64,000 nucleotides of DNA from Octopus sinensis (lineage: Eukaryota), in assembly GCF_006345805.1 (NCBI RefSeq), contig NC_042999.1, positions 19,654,001 through 19,718,000 of the forward strand. Direction: 5' to 3'. A model generated the notes under the pieces. It searched no databases, was not told where the DNA came from, and was given only the letters and a program-made list of their open reading frames with translations. Below, piece after piece: positions 26,331 to 39,452 of the stretch (positions are counted from its first letter, which is position 1; every line of letters begins with the position of its first letter). The translations under genes were made by a program, and so were the position numbers.

Positions 26331-26487
26331 CAGGGGCGGACTGAGCTGTCAGTTTATCGGGCACTGCCTGAGGACTGAAGTTCTGAGGGGCCTGCACACT
26401 ACATGTTAATTTTTCTAAAACATACATTCAAAGAGGCCCGGTAAGCAGTTATGCCTGAGGGCCCTTAATAATCTCAGTCCACCCCTA
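26331..26487. mobile_element. Small MITE
   Basis: TIRs AGGGGCGGACTGAG (26332-26345) and CTCAGTCCACCCCT (26473-26486), one mismatch. Confidence 0.6.
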
Positions 26488-26800
26488 CAAAGATTTTAAA
26501 AAGTGAATTTGTATTATAGAACCAAGGGCAGTTCCATGCAGATTGATTTTAAGGGTTGAGTACTTGTTAATATAATGGCAAGTACATGTTGCTGAAGATT
26601 CACAATTTATACTAAAGTCACAGGATACAACCATCCCATCCACCAGTGATGATGAAATTTTTATCAGCCGATACAATCTGTGCATTTTATAGCACCTAAT
26701 CTCTACTCAAGATAATTTTTAAATTCAGAATGTTAGTAGCTACACTGTACCAATTTATGCTGTCTACATTGTTTGCTAAAGGAGGTGAGAAAGTATGTAT

Positions 26801-26848
<48 letters not shown>

Positions 26849-27410
26849 GACTGAGAATTAGTGTGAGAAAGAAAGAGAAACAGGGCAATAGTGATTCCGT
26901 TATAACCCAGCATTTCACAATCTTCTTAAAATCCTCAGTTTTGTTCCCAAGTGGACCCAAGGCCTAGGTCCCTTCTTTCATGTATCATTGCAGATGATTT
27001 CGGAATATGTGTGCAAATTTTGGAGAATATTCTTTGAAACACGGTGGTTCAGAATGAACATGCATCAGTACTATACACACAAAACACATATACACCACAC
27101 ATGCACACAACTGTACATCTATAATTACTACCACCACTGGCAACGCTTGTGTGTATATATGATTCACTTGTGTATCTGGCTTTATGTGTATGCCTTTATG
27201 CACATGCGCACACACACACACACACACACACTCATATATATCCGTAAGGATGTATTTGCACATATGTCTATAAGTGCTTATTCAGTGAGTGTATGTGTGT
27301 GTGTGTGTGTGTAAATATTTATGTTTGTATGCACTTATGTATGGATGCATTTGTGTGTGAGTGTATATATGCATATATATATGCTGGTTAGTAATAATAA
27401 CTCTCTCTCT

Positions 27411-27455
<45 letters not shown>

Positions 27456-27458
27456 CAC

Positions 27459-27508
<50 letters not shown>

Positions 27509-28027
27509 TATATATATATATATGTATATATATATATTATATATATATATATATATGTATTTATACACCTACCTGAAAACAAATATGAACTAAAAACCAA
27601 AATACAATCAACCATACCAACAAACTAGCAAAACTAACTCGTTCACTCACACCCCCAACACCCACTCACCCATGCCCACACAGCAGTTTTCATTTACTAA
27701 TTAACAAGTAATCCAACTAATATGACTGCCCACAGTTATTGTCTGTTATTTCTAAGTCTTCACAATTAGCCATGTTTGACTATTTTAGCATTTATTGTTA
27801 TTGTTAATCATATTTCCAGTCTTATAATTAACCATGTAATCACTCACCTGCTAAGCCAATTAAAACTGGCAAAGTAACAACCCACCCTACTCTCACCCAT
27901 TATTCATCTGTGAATCATTACTCAGTTTTCTGTATTCTCACTTGATCAAACTTTGTTGGCCTCAACACTTATTTACCAAAAAGAACTCAACATGGGCATG
28001 TGGTAAGAAGCTTACTTTCCGACTGTG

Positions 28028-28430
28028 TGATCCTAGTTTCAGTCCCACAGTGTGGCACCTTGGGCAAGTGTCTTCTATTATATCCTCAAGCAGACCAAGA
28101 CCTTATGAGTTTGTAAGCCTAGTACTTATTCTATCGGTCCCTTTTCCCGAACCTTACTTTCCAACAGTATGATCCTAGTTTCAGTCCCACAGTGTGGCAC
28201 CTTGGGAAAGTGTCTTCTATTATATCCTTGAGCAGACCAAAACCTTATGAGTTTGTAAGCCTAGTACTTATTCTATCTGTCCCTTTTCCTGAACCCTACT
28301 TCCCAACTGTATGATCCTGGTTTCAGTCCCACAGTGGGGCACCTTGGGCAAGTGTCTTCTATTTTATCCTCGAGCAGACCAAAACCTTATGAGTGGATTT
28401 GGTAGATGGAAACTGAAAGAAGCCTGTCAT
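28028..28430 (+). repeat. 142-bp tandem repeat of a chimeric SINE A fragment
   Basis: Units start at 28028, 28170 and 28312. Confidence 0.8.
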
Positions 28431-28802
28431 ACACTCACACAGACACACACACACGCACAAATATATGCTTTTATTCTTTTATTTGTTTCAGTCATATGAC
28501 TGCAGCCATGCTGGAGCACCACCTTTAGACAAACAAATCAACCTGAGGACTTATTCTTTGTAAGCCTAGTACTTATTCTATCAGTCTCTTTTCCCAAACC
28601 TCTAAGTTATGAGGACATAAACACACCAGCATCGGTTGTCAAGCGATGGTGGTGGGACAAACACAGATACACAAAGATATTGTTATCTCCAATGATAAGT
28701 CTATTGAATTACTATTTAGTATTAGTTTTCACAACTTGTCAGTAAAGAGTCACTTCCAGTTTGTATCTGGGATCAAGGTCGTTTTGTTTTCCGGAAAAGG
28801 GA

Positions 28803-29145
28803 TCATTATCATCATCATCGTTTAACGTCTGGTTTCCATGCTAGCATGGGTTGGATGGTTTGACCCGGGTCTGGGAAGCCAGGAGGCTCCACCAGGGCCC
28901 AATCTAATCTGGCAGTATTTCTACAGCTGGATGCCCTTCCTAACACCAACCAGTCTGTGAGTGTAGTGGGTGCTTTTTACGTGCCACCAGCAAAGGGTCC
29001 AGAAGAGGCTGGCAACATCCATGAACGGTTGGTGCTTTTTATGTGCCTCTGGCACGGATGCCAGTCAAGGCGGCACTGGCATCGGCCTCATTCGGATGGT
29101 GTTTTTTACATGCCACCAGCAAGGTTATCACAAGTACAATTTCCA
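28803..29145 (-). mobile_element. RTE LINE 3' UTR fragment
   Basis: (CAT)n-CGTTTAACGTC terminus and GGATGCCCTTCCTAAC motif. Confidence 0.75.
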
Positions 29146-29459
29146 TTTGACTTTTATTTTGATGTTGATGTACTTGACTCAGTAGGTCTCCTCAAGCACA
29201 GCATGTCACCCTATGATCCAATGTAAGCACAACAGGCCATCCTGCAAGGCATGAATTCACTTCATTTGTCGGGCCTTCACAGTCACAGCATATCTCCAGA
29301 GCTCTTGGTCTTTCGTCATTGCCTCTGTGAAGCCCACCTGCTGTCATTCTTGAATGTTCTTCTTTGGTTATTTCATGTTACAACAAACATGGCTTTGTAC
29401 CAGTGTTACCAACTTTCTGCTGCTTCTAGAATGATGAGCTGACAAAGGTTTTTCTACTG

Positions 29460-29743
29460 TTGCTGCTTTGTGTAGAAATCTAGGCAAGCGGGGTCACAAT
29501 CACCACTGTGATTACAAAGACGAACAATGGTTTAAATTTTTCAGAGCCATTTATTTTCTACTCATACGTAACACCGTGCAGGCATACACTTACCATACAT
29601 TTGTATAAACTTATGGTACACTTGCACGATGTTACATTTGAGTAGAAAATAAATGGCTCCGAAAATTTTAAAACCTTGTTCATCTTTGTTATCACACTGG
29701 TGATTGTGACTCTGTTTGCCTAGATTTCTACAGAAAGCAGCAA
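29460..29743. repeat. ~284-bp imperfect palindrome
   Basis: The left arm from 29460 is the reverse complement of the right arm ending at 29743, with scattered mismatches and a short loop. Confidence 0.85.
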
Positions 29744-29758
29744 TAGATATACATATAC

Positions 29759-29810
<52 letters not shown>

Positions 29811-29814
29811 TATG

Positions 29815-29852
<38 letters not shown>

Positions 29853-29871
29853 ACACACACACATACACAAA

Positions 29872-29978
<107 letters not shown>

Positions 29979-30070
29979 TCTTCTACTATAGCCTCGTGCC
30001 AACCAAAGCCTTGTGAGTGGATTGGTAGACAGAAACTGAAAAAAGCCTGCTGTATATATATATATATATA

Positions 30071-32484
30071 TCATCATCGTCGTTTAACGTCCGTTCTCCA
30101 TGCTAGCATGGGTTGGACGGTTCGACGGGGTTCTGGGAAGCCAGAAGGCTGCACCAGGCTCCAGTCTAATTTGGCAATGTTCTACAGCTGGATTCCCTTC
30201 CTAACGCCAACCACTCCGTGAGTGTAGTGGGTGCTTTTTACGTGCCACCTGCACAGGTGCCAGGCGGGGCTGGCAACGGCCACGGTCAGATTGGTGTATT
30301 TTATGTGCCACCGGCACGGAAGCCAGTCGAAGCGGTGCTGGCATCGGCCACGAGTCGGATAGTGCTTTTTACGTACCACCAGACCAGGGATCCTGGCTGG
30401 TTCAATTCGATTTCGATTTCGCTTGCCCCAACATGTCTTCACAAGCAAAGAGGGTTGGCAAGGGTGCCTGTCGTACGGTCTCATTGGAGTATTTTACGTG
30501 CCACGGCCACGAGTCGGATAGTGCTTTTTACGTACCACCAGACCAGGGATCCTGGCTGGTTCAATTCGATTTCGATTTCGCTTGCCCCAACATGTCTTCA
30601 CAAGCAAAGGGGGTTGGCATGGGTGCCTGTCGTACGGTCGCATTGGAGTATTTTATGTGCCACGGCCACGAGTCGGATAGTGTTTTTACGTACCACCAGG
30701 CCAGGGATCCTGGCTGGTTCAATTCGGTTTCGATTTCGATTTCGATTTCGCTTGCCCCAACATGTCTTCGCAAGCATGGGGGGTAGGCATGGGTGTCTGT
30801 CGTCGGATGAGGTTCTATATCGACTTCGCTTGCCTCAACCGGTCTTTGTGTCCAAGGGAGGAAAGGCATTCATAAGTGGGCTGGGCTCACTTGTCCTGCC
30901 TGGTCTTCTCACGTACAGAATATTCCAAAGGTCTCGGTCTCTGGTCATTTCCTCAGTGAGGCCTAAAGTTCGAAGGTCGTGCTTCACCACCTCGTCCCAG
31001 GTTTTCCTGGGTCTACCTCTTCCACGGGTTCCCTCAACTGCTAGGGATTGGCACTTTCTCACACACCTATCTTCATCCATTCTCGCCACATGACCATACC
31101 AGCGCAATCGTCTCTCTTGCACACCACAACTGATGCTTCTTAGGTACAACATTTCTCTCAAGGTGCTAACGCTCTGTCGAGTATGTACACTGACATTACA
31201 CATCCATCGGAGCATACTGGCTTCATTCCTCACGAGCTTACGCATGTCCTCAGCAGTCACGGCCCATGTTTCGCTGCCATGTAGCATAGCTGTTCGTACA
31301 CACGCATCATACAGTCTGCCTTTTACTCTGAGCGAGAGGCCTTTAGTCACCAGCAGAGGTAAGAGCTCCCTAAACTTTGCCCAGGCTATTCTTATTCTAG
31401 CAGTTACACTTTCAGCGCACCCACCCCCACTACTGACTTGGTCACCTAGATAACGGAAGCTATCAACTACTTCTAGTTTTTCCCCCTGGAAAGTGACGGA
31501 AGTTGTTTTCTGCAGATTTTCGGAGGTTAATGCTCCCGAGCATCTGCCACATACAAAAACTATCTTCCCAGTTAGCCTACCTTTGACATTGCTGCACCTC
31601 TTATGTGTCCATAGCTTACACTGGGTACATCTTATAGAGTTTCTACCTACACCTTTTCTACAGATCGAGCAGGGCCATCTTCCTGAAGATATTGTGGATT
31701 GTCTACCTTTCTACTTATTAGTACTTTGGTTTTAGCTAGGTTGACTCTAAGGCCCCTTGATTCTAAACCCTCCTTCCACACCTGGAACTTCTCCTCCAGT
31801 TCTGATAGTGACTCAGCAATAAGAGCAAGGTCGTCAGCATAGAGGAGCTCCCAGGGACAGCCTGTCTTGAATTCCTCCGTAATTGCCTGGAGTACTATGA
31901 TAAATAGGAGGGGGCTGAGTACTGAACCCTGGTGGACCCCAACCTCTACTTTGAATTCTTCTGTGTACATGTTGCCAACCCTAACCTTACTTACGGCATC
32001 TCTGTACATGGCTTGCACAGTCCTCACCAGCCATTCATCTATCCCTAGTTTCCTCATTGACCACCAGATAAGGGATCGGGGGACCCTATCAAAAGCTTTC
32101 TCCATGTCAACGAAAGCCAGGTACAGGGGCTTATCTTTGGCTAGGTATTTCTCCTGCAGCTGCCTTACCAGGAATATAGCATCAGTGGTACTTTTCCCTG
32201 GCACGAACCCAAACTGCATCTCATCTAAACTAACTCTCTCTCTAATTAGTTGGGCTATGACCCTCTCCGTAACCTTCATTACTTGATCCAACATCTTGAT
32301 ACCTCTGTAATTATTTGTATCTAGGGCATCACCTTTACCTTTGTAGCAGTTGACCAGTATGCTGCTGCACCAGTCATTGGTATGACTCCTTCGTGTATCA
32401 CCTGGTTGACTATACGGGTGACTAGGTTATAGCCGACACTGCCAGATATTTTGAGCATCTCTGCAGTAATTCCTGATGGGCCTG
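30071..32484 (-). mobile_element. 5'-truncated RTE-type LINE, 2.4 kb
   Basis: RT domain, C-terminal RWYGHVARM/GRPRKTW motifs, tandem-repeat 3' UTR and (GAT)n tail at ~30071. Confidence 0.92.
30835..32484 (-). pseudogene. LINE ORF2 remnant: reverse transcriptase plus C4HC3 finger, two single-base frameshifts (~32382, ~31695)
   Basis: NYRGIKM...QFGFVPGKSTTDA...FVDMEKAFDRV...GVHQGSVLSPLLF...LLYADDL; the downstream frame is open from ~31690 to 30835. Confidence 0.9.
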
Positions 32485-32489
32485 TATAT

Positions 32490-32665
32490 ATATATATACA
32501 GCAGGCGTTTTTCAGTTTTTGTCTACCAAATCCACTCACAAGGCTTTGGTTGGCACGAGGCTATAGTAGAAGACACTTGCCCAAGGTGGCATGCAGTGAC
32601 ACTGAACCCAGAACCATGTGGTTGGGAGGCAAGCTTCAACCACACAGCCATATTTGCACCTATAT
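32490..32665 (-). mobile_element. SINE family A 5' half (inverted partner of 29976-30070)
   Basis: Family A head at ~32665; shares private variants with 29976-30070. Confidence 0.75.
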
Positions 32666-32861
32666 GTGTGTGTGTGTATATTCCATGAAAGTTAGAGGTT
32701 ATGAATCCAACCAAGGGATAATATCTATCTCATATATATATATATATATCGAACTCTCTCATGCACCAATTGCTAAAAGGCATTCGTGAAGTAAAATCAT
32801 GTAGCAACACAAATGGCGGTGCCCCAGCTGAAACTAGATAAAATAAAAAAAAAAAAAATAA

Positions 32862-32945
<84 letters not shown>

Positions 32946-33578
32946 ATGTATGTATATATATATATATATATTTATTTATTTATATATGTACAGAAAGTTA
33001 ATTGTCTGGCCAGTCATAGAGTGACCAATGGTTTCACACACATGTGCTTAGCCTTGTATGTGATTCATCAGTCTTTAGTGGCCATGGCTACTGGAGTCTT
33101 ACGAGTAATATATAAGGCTAAATGCTTCATGAATGTGAAACCATTGGTCACTCTGTGGCTGGCCATACAATTAACTTCCTGCAAATACATTACTGTTCTA
33201 GCCTTTGGAGTGTGCTTCTTTTGTGTATGTATGTGTGTGTGCGTATGTGTGTGTACCTGTGCGTGTATGTGCAATAAAGGCACAGTCAAAGACCTATTTT
33301 GTGATTCTATACAGCTATGACATGGTATGCAGGGACTTCAATTAGTTGCCATGGTACCAGACCATTCTGCAAAGATTAAAAGGAAACGAAATAGATAGTG
33401 GAGTATTATTTGCAATAGGACTGTGCTCTGTTGTTTATTTCCTCCAAATTTTTGATGGGATAACTTGTATATAAATGGTGGTGCACCAGCATGGCCACAG
33501 CTCTGAGCTGAAACTAGAGTAAAAAAAACAAAACTTATGTAATTATCATTTCATTTCCTATTGTAGCATAGCCAGCCC

Positions 33579-34487
33579 ATTTAAGAGCACCCTTCAATCA
33601 TTGTGGAATAAACGGCACTTGTGAAGACCTGTTGAGGCAAGTGAAGTCGTTGTTGTGGCCGATGACAGTACCTATTTCTTTATTACCCACAAGGGGCTAA
33701 ACATAGAGGCGACAAACAAGGACAGACATAGGTATTAAGTCGATTACATCGACCCCAGTGCGTAACTGGTACTTAATTTATCGACCCCGAAAGGATGAAA
33801 GGCAAAGTCGACCTCGGCGGAATTTGAACTCACAACGTAACGGCAGCCGAAATACCGCTAAGCATTTCGCCCGACGTGCTAACAATTCTGCCAGCTCACC
33901 GCCTTGACAGTACCTCCTGATTGGCACCCATGCCGGTGGCACGTGGAGATCACAATTTAAGCATGGTTGATGCCAGTCCTGGCTGACTGGTCCTGTGCCA
34001 GTAGTATTTGGAAAGCACCATTCAAGCGTGGTTGTTGCCAGTACCATCTGACTGGCCTCCATGCTAGTGGCACATAAAAAGCACCATTCGAGTGTGGCCA
34101 ATTTCAGTACTACCTGATTGGCACCCATGCTGGTGGCATGTGGAGAGCACCATTCAAGCATGGTTGATGCCAGTGCTGGCTGACTGGTCCCATGCTGGTG
34201 TTACATGGCAAACACCATTTGAGCATGGCCAATGTCAGTATGGCCCTTGTGCTGGTGGCTGGCCCTTGTGCCGGTGGCTCACCCTTGTGCCAGTGACAAG
34301 TAAAAAGCACCCAGTACACACTCGGAGTGGTTGGCGTTAGGAAGGGCATCCAGCTGTAGAAACATTGCCAGATCGGATTGGAGCCTGGTGCAGCCTTCTG
34401 GCTCACCAGCCCTGAGTCAAACCATGCAACACATGCCAGCATGGAAAGTGGACGTTAAACGATGACGACAATGACGACGACGATGAT
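33579..34487 (+). mobile_element. RTE LINE 3' UTR, interrupted by SINE C
   Basis: 3' UTR repeat units and terminal GACGTTAAACGATGAC tail. Confidence 0.75.
33674..33904 (-). mobile_element. SINE family C with 11-bp TSD
   Basis: TSD TGACAGTACCT at 33663-33673 and 33905-33915. Confidence 0.85.
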
Positions 34488-34908
34488 TCCAGATAATTTT
34501 TATTGATTTTATAATTTCAGATACAAAATATATACAAAAACAACTTTGATGAGGTACAGCCGAAACTCTATAATTCTCTGCAGCCAAATAATTAAAATTG
34601 ATTTCTCAACATTAAAGATGACAAATTGAATTGTTGGCTTTTAATTTTTCACTTTTGTCTTCATTCAGAAATGGATGTCAATGGTTTCACTTCAACCCTT
34701 TAGTATTCAGCTTACTGAGTTAAATGTAATGCTTATTGATTCTCATTGTTTTGAATTAATCATGCATTGTCTTGTAGCTTTAAGATTTTGTTATTGTGAT
34801 TGTTCGTTTTTAGAATGACGTTGTGTAGAGTGGGTGTGAGAGGCTGAATCTGTCCAGTCTCTACATAAAACAGACAGAATATCTGGATGGGATATAGTTG
34901 GTTTAAAT

Positions 34909-36722
34909 CAGTGGTTCCCAACCTGTGGTCCACGGAACCTTGGTGGTCCACAATGGTAGTACTGAGGTCCATGAACTAAATTCAAAATTTCATATATATA
35001 TATATCATCATCATCATCATCATCATCGTTTAACGTCCGCTTTCCATGCTAGCATGGGTTGGACGGTTCAACTGGGGTCTGGCAAGCCCGAAGGCTGCAC
35101 CAGGCCAGTCAGATCTGGCAGTGTTTCTACAGCTGGATGCCCTTCCTAACGCCAACCACTCCGAGAGTGTAGTGGGTGATTTTATGTGCCACCGACACAG
35201 GTGCCAGACGAGGCTGGCAGACGGCCACGCTCGGATGGTGTTTTTTATGTGCCACCGACACAGGTGTCAGACGAGGCTGCTGACGGCCACGCTCGGATGG
35301 TGTTTTCTTATGTGTCACCGACACAGGTGCCAGACGGGGCTGGCGGACGGCCACGCTCGGATGGTGTTTGTTATGTGCCCTCAGCACGGAGGCCAGTCAT
35401 TGCGGTACTGGCTACGATCACGTTCGGATGGTTTTCTTATGTGCCACCGGCACTGGTACCACAAGGATACAATTCCATTGATGTTCATCTATTTTGATTT
35501 GGTTCGATTGATTTGATTTGATTCGATTCGATTCTCACTTGCCTCAACAGGTCTTCACAAGTGTCACAAGAAGGAAGGTATGCACAGGTGGACTGACTAC
35601 GTCCCAGGTAGGGGCCACGGATTATGGCTTCACTAGTCTTGCCGGGTCTTCTCACGCACAGCATACTTCCATAGGTCTCGGTCTCTAGTCATTTCCATGG
35701 TGAGACCTAACGTCCGAAGGTCGTGCTTCACCACTTCGTCCCAGGTTTTCCTGGGTCTACCTCTTCCACGGTTCCCTCAACTGCTAGGGATTGGCACTTT
35801 CTCACACACCTATCTTCATCCATTCTCGCCACATGACCATACCAGCGCAATCGTCTCTCTTGCACACAACAACTGATTCTTCTTAGGTACAACATTTCTC
35901 TCAAGGTACTAACGCTCTGTCGAGTAAGTACACTGACATTACACATCCATCGGAGCATACTGGCTTCGTTCCTCACAAGCTTACGCATGTCCTCAGCAGT
36001 CACGGCCCATGTTTCACTGCCATATATATAATAGAAATATGTTACAAAAAGAAAATAGAAACTACATGTGGAAAAATAGGGGGAAAGTAAGAAGAAAAAT
36101 AAGTGAAAATGCACATTGGAAATCAAAAAAAGTAAAGGACTTTTATGAAAAGTAACGATATATATATACAGTTAGATGAACTGAGGTAGGAATAAAAGTA
36201 ATAAAAGTCATTATTGTGAATTGTTAGAGAGATTCAAAAGCATAATGGTTTTGTGAATTTACTAATCATTGCTTTGAATGCTCATTGATTATATATATGG
36301 CAAATGAAAGATGGAAGATGGAACATTAGAACATACGAGAATTTATTAATCACAACAATGGTTTTGACACATCTAGCATCGATCCCTCATGGGTGGGACA
36401 CTCAACAACTGGCTCAGGAGCATCCAGTGGTGCAGATGTATTTTGTTGGGTGATAAATAAATACAACACATTAAAAGGTGTGGTCAAGGTTGGAAGGCTT
36501 TTGATCATTGGTGAGTATGATTTTGTAGAAAGAAAAGCAGCCAGATGGAGGAAATATTTTCATTTATACAGAAGATCAAAAATAAAATCAGTGATGGTAA
36601 AAAGAGAAACGAACACACAATCCAGTGAGAAAGGTATTAAGGATAAGCATATTAATAGGGGTCTGTGGGAAAACTTATTTAAATAAAAGGGGTCTTTGGT
36701 AGTGAAAAGGTTGGAACCACTG
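34909..36722. mobile_element. hAT-type non-autonomous element with 8-bp TSD
   Basis: TIRs CAGTGGTTCCCAACC / GGTTGGAACCACTG; TSD GTTTAAAT at 34901-34908 and 36723-36730. Confidence 0.8.
35005..36024 (-). mobile_element. 5'-truncated RTE LINE nested in the hAT element
   Basis: GSETWAVTAEDMRKL...RRLRWYGHVARM, nearly the same as 30835-31290; (CAT)n tail at 35005. Confidence 0.9.
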
Positions 36723-36774
36723 GTTTAAATGCTAAAGGGTCATGAAAAGTAAGCAACTATTTGTGCATTAAGAT

Positions 36775-36997
36775 TAGTGGCAGAAACGCTAGCACACTGG
36801 GCGAAATGCTTAGCAGTATTTTGTCTGCTGTTATGTTCTGAGTTCAAATTCCACCAAGGTCGACTTTGCCTTTCATCCTTTCGGGATCGATAAATTAAGT
36901 AACAGTTATGCACTGGGGTCGATGTAATCGACTTATTCCGTTTGTCTGTCCTTGTTTGTCCCCTCTCTGTGTAGCCCCTTGTGGGCAGTACAGAAAT
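36775..36997 (+). mobile_element. SINE family C
   Basis: Matches 17012-17227. Confidence 0.8.
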
Positions 36998-37943
36998 AAG
37001 ATTAGGGTTTTTTTTATCAATAAAACTATAATTATGCCATTTTCCTAGCAAGATCATCAATTGGGTAACATTGTCATTGGAAGTCGTTCACTGTGCTAGA
37101 AATAGTAACCAAATCTACCTCAAATCACCCACACACCACATCTTCTTAGAAAAGCAAGCATTCCTTGAATATATTGTAGTTCTAGATCAAACAGATAATG
37201 GCATTCTAGATAATGTGGTTCTAGATATTAAAGGTGTGGTCAAGGTTGGAAGGCTTTTGATCATTGGTGAGTATGATCAAAGCTGATCTGGGGTCACACA
37301 ACAACAACAACAGCAACAGCAACGGTGAAAGGCATCATATAATAAAAACAGTTATTTGTGTATAAACAGAATATGAAAACATTAAAATCAAGAGGTGTCA
37401 ATCGTCTGAACCAACAAATGTTTCCATGCAATTTGGTAATTCATGTTTAATGAAGTGATGATGACTTCATTAAAAGATCGATCAGAGATTTTTTTTTCAC
37501 TAGAAATGATGATTTATAGTCACCAGTCATAAAGAAATTGAAAATAAATGAACAAAAACGTACGCGACTCTCATGCTGAAGTGGAAAGAAATAAGAATAA
37601 AAGAGAGAAGCACACGTATTTATTATAAATCAAATATAATTACTAGAATTTAAGGTGACTTCTGATGGTCTGTGTCTGTCTCAGCTAGCATCAATATAGT
37701 AAAAATTCTATTTAAAAAAGTGATAAAAGGCCTCACACAGATCGTTAGATGTTTTCTTTGTTCATGGTAACATTTATTCATTTCTTTATTGTTATTACTA
37801 TTATTGATATTATTGTTGTTGTTATTTATTTGAAAGACAAGGATTCTCTCTATGGTAGATACATAGACATAATTCTCATTGTGAACGAATAAGTAAGTAA
37901 ATGAGTTCAGCATATGTTGAAGAGAATTTTAGCAAAATGATCG

Positions 37944-38237
37944 TTACCAGCGCCGCCTTACTGGCACCTGTGCTGGTCGCATGTGTAAAAAGATTCGAGT
38001 GATGAGGTTGTTGTTAGTACCGCCTGACTGGCCCTGTGCTGGTGACACATAAAAAGCACCCACTACACTCTCGGAGTGGTTGGCGTTAGGAAGGACATCC
38101 AGCTGTAGAAACCATGCCAGATCAATATTGGAGCCTGGTGCAGCCATCTGGTTCGCTAGCCCTCAGTCAAAATCGTCCAACCCATGCTAGCATGGAAAAT
38201 AGACGTTAACCGATGATGATGATGATGACGATCATGA
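37944..38237 (+). mobile_element. RTE LINE 3' end
   Basis: Terminal motif and (GAT)n tail. Confidence 0.75.
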
Positions 38238-38918
38238 TTCTCTTTTGAGGGAAACTAAATGGATTTAGGTACCTAGGGGTTCCAAAGGTGCTTGGAAAAT
38301 ATTCTTCATTGATTTGTTTTTAAATTCATGGTGCTTTGTAATAAATTCTTTCAAGTCTTTTGGTACCAGATAATATTCCATTTGTTTGGAACTTACAATT
38401 CTGTAAAATTTTGGATTTTCTCTTTCTCTGTCTGTCTAGTTAAGTCTGTCCATAGTGTATTGTAGGTGCATATGCATCCATATATACGTATATGCATACT
38501 TATAAATGTATATACATGCATATGTATACATACACTTATAAATGTGTGTATCTATTTATATATTTATCTACATATCAACCTATCTATCTATCTATCTATC
38601 TATCTAACCTCTCTGTCTATATATCTACCCTCTTTATAATGTTGGCAAATGAAATAGGGATAAGAATGTGCATTGTCCATTTAATTGGAAAATTCTGTAA
38701 GTGGCTGAAGATTGCTCGACATTTTAAAACTGATATAATACTTACAGTGTTTAATAGAATGAAGCAGCATGAAACAATTGTACTAGTCTACCTTGGATAT
38801 ACTTGCTGCTTATTTTCATTATAATCACCCCATTTGATTTACATGGATAATACCATACAAAATTCTGGTGCTGTTAACTTAAGTACCATATTCATCTGAA
38901 TTTAAAATTTGCTGAACT

Positions 38919-38951
<33 letters not shown>

Positions 38952-38985
38952 TATATATTATATATATATATATATATATATTTAT

Positions 38986-39323
38986 ATTACCAGCGTTGCT
39001 TTACTGGCACTTGTGCTGGTGGCATGTGGAAAAACATTCGACCAAGGTCGTTTCCAGTACCGCTGGACTGGTTATTGTGCAGGTGGCATGTAAAAAACAC
39101 CATTTGAGTGTGGCTGTTGCCAGTACCGCCTGACTGGTCCTCATGCCTGTGGCACATAAAAGCACCCACTACACTCTCGGAGTGGTTGGCATTAGGAAGG
39201 GCATCCAGCTGTAGATCTGCCAGATCAAGATTGGAGCCTGGGGCAGCCATCTGGTTCGCCAGTCCTCAGTCAAATCATCCAATCCATGCTAGCATGGAAA
39301 GTAGACGTTAAATGACAATGATG

Positions 39324-39324
<1 letters not shown>
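38986..39324 (+). mobile_element. RTE LINE 3' end
   Basis: Terminal motif GGAAAGTAGACGTTAAATGAC. Confidence 0.75.
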
Positions 39325-39365
<41 letters not shown>

Positions 39366-39410
39366 GAAAAAAGTCAAGATAGAAAATGCTAAAATAATTT
39401 TATAAAAACA

Positions 39411-39452
39411 TTTCAGTACCGGTTTCAGTCATTGAGACTTTTTCAACTGTAA
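39411..39452 (-). ncRNA. Minimal hammerhead-like motif with U3/A8 core
   Basis: CAG-UUGAAAA-AGUC(UCAAU)GACU-GAAA-CCGG-UA-CUG; stem III is the palindrome ACCGGU. Confidence 0.4.

Larger units (their letters stand above)
34696..36739. mobile_element. piggyBac-like MITE (outer layer of a nested insertion)
   Basis: Ends CCCTTTAGTATT... / ...AATGCTAAAGGG; flanking tetramers TCAA/TCAT are not canonical TTAA. Confidence 0.45.

Noticed and set aside
35180-35370. Regular repeats resembling a CRISPR array
   Set aside because: Whole units repeat with no unique spacers, the context is eukaryotic, and they lie inside a LINE 3' UTR.
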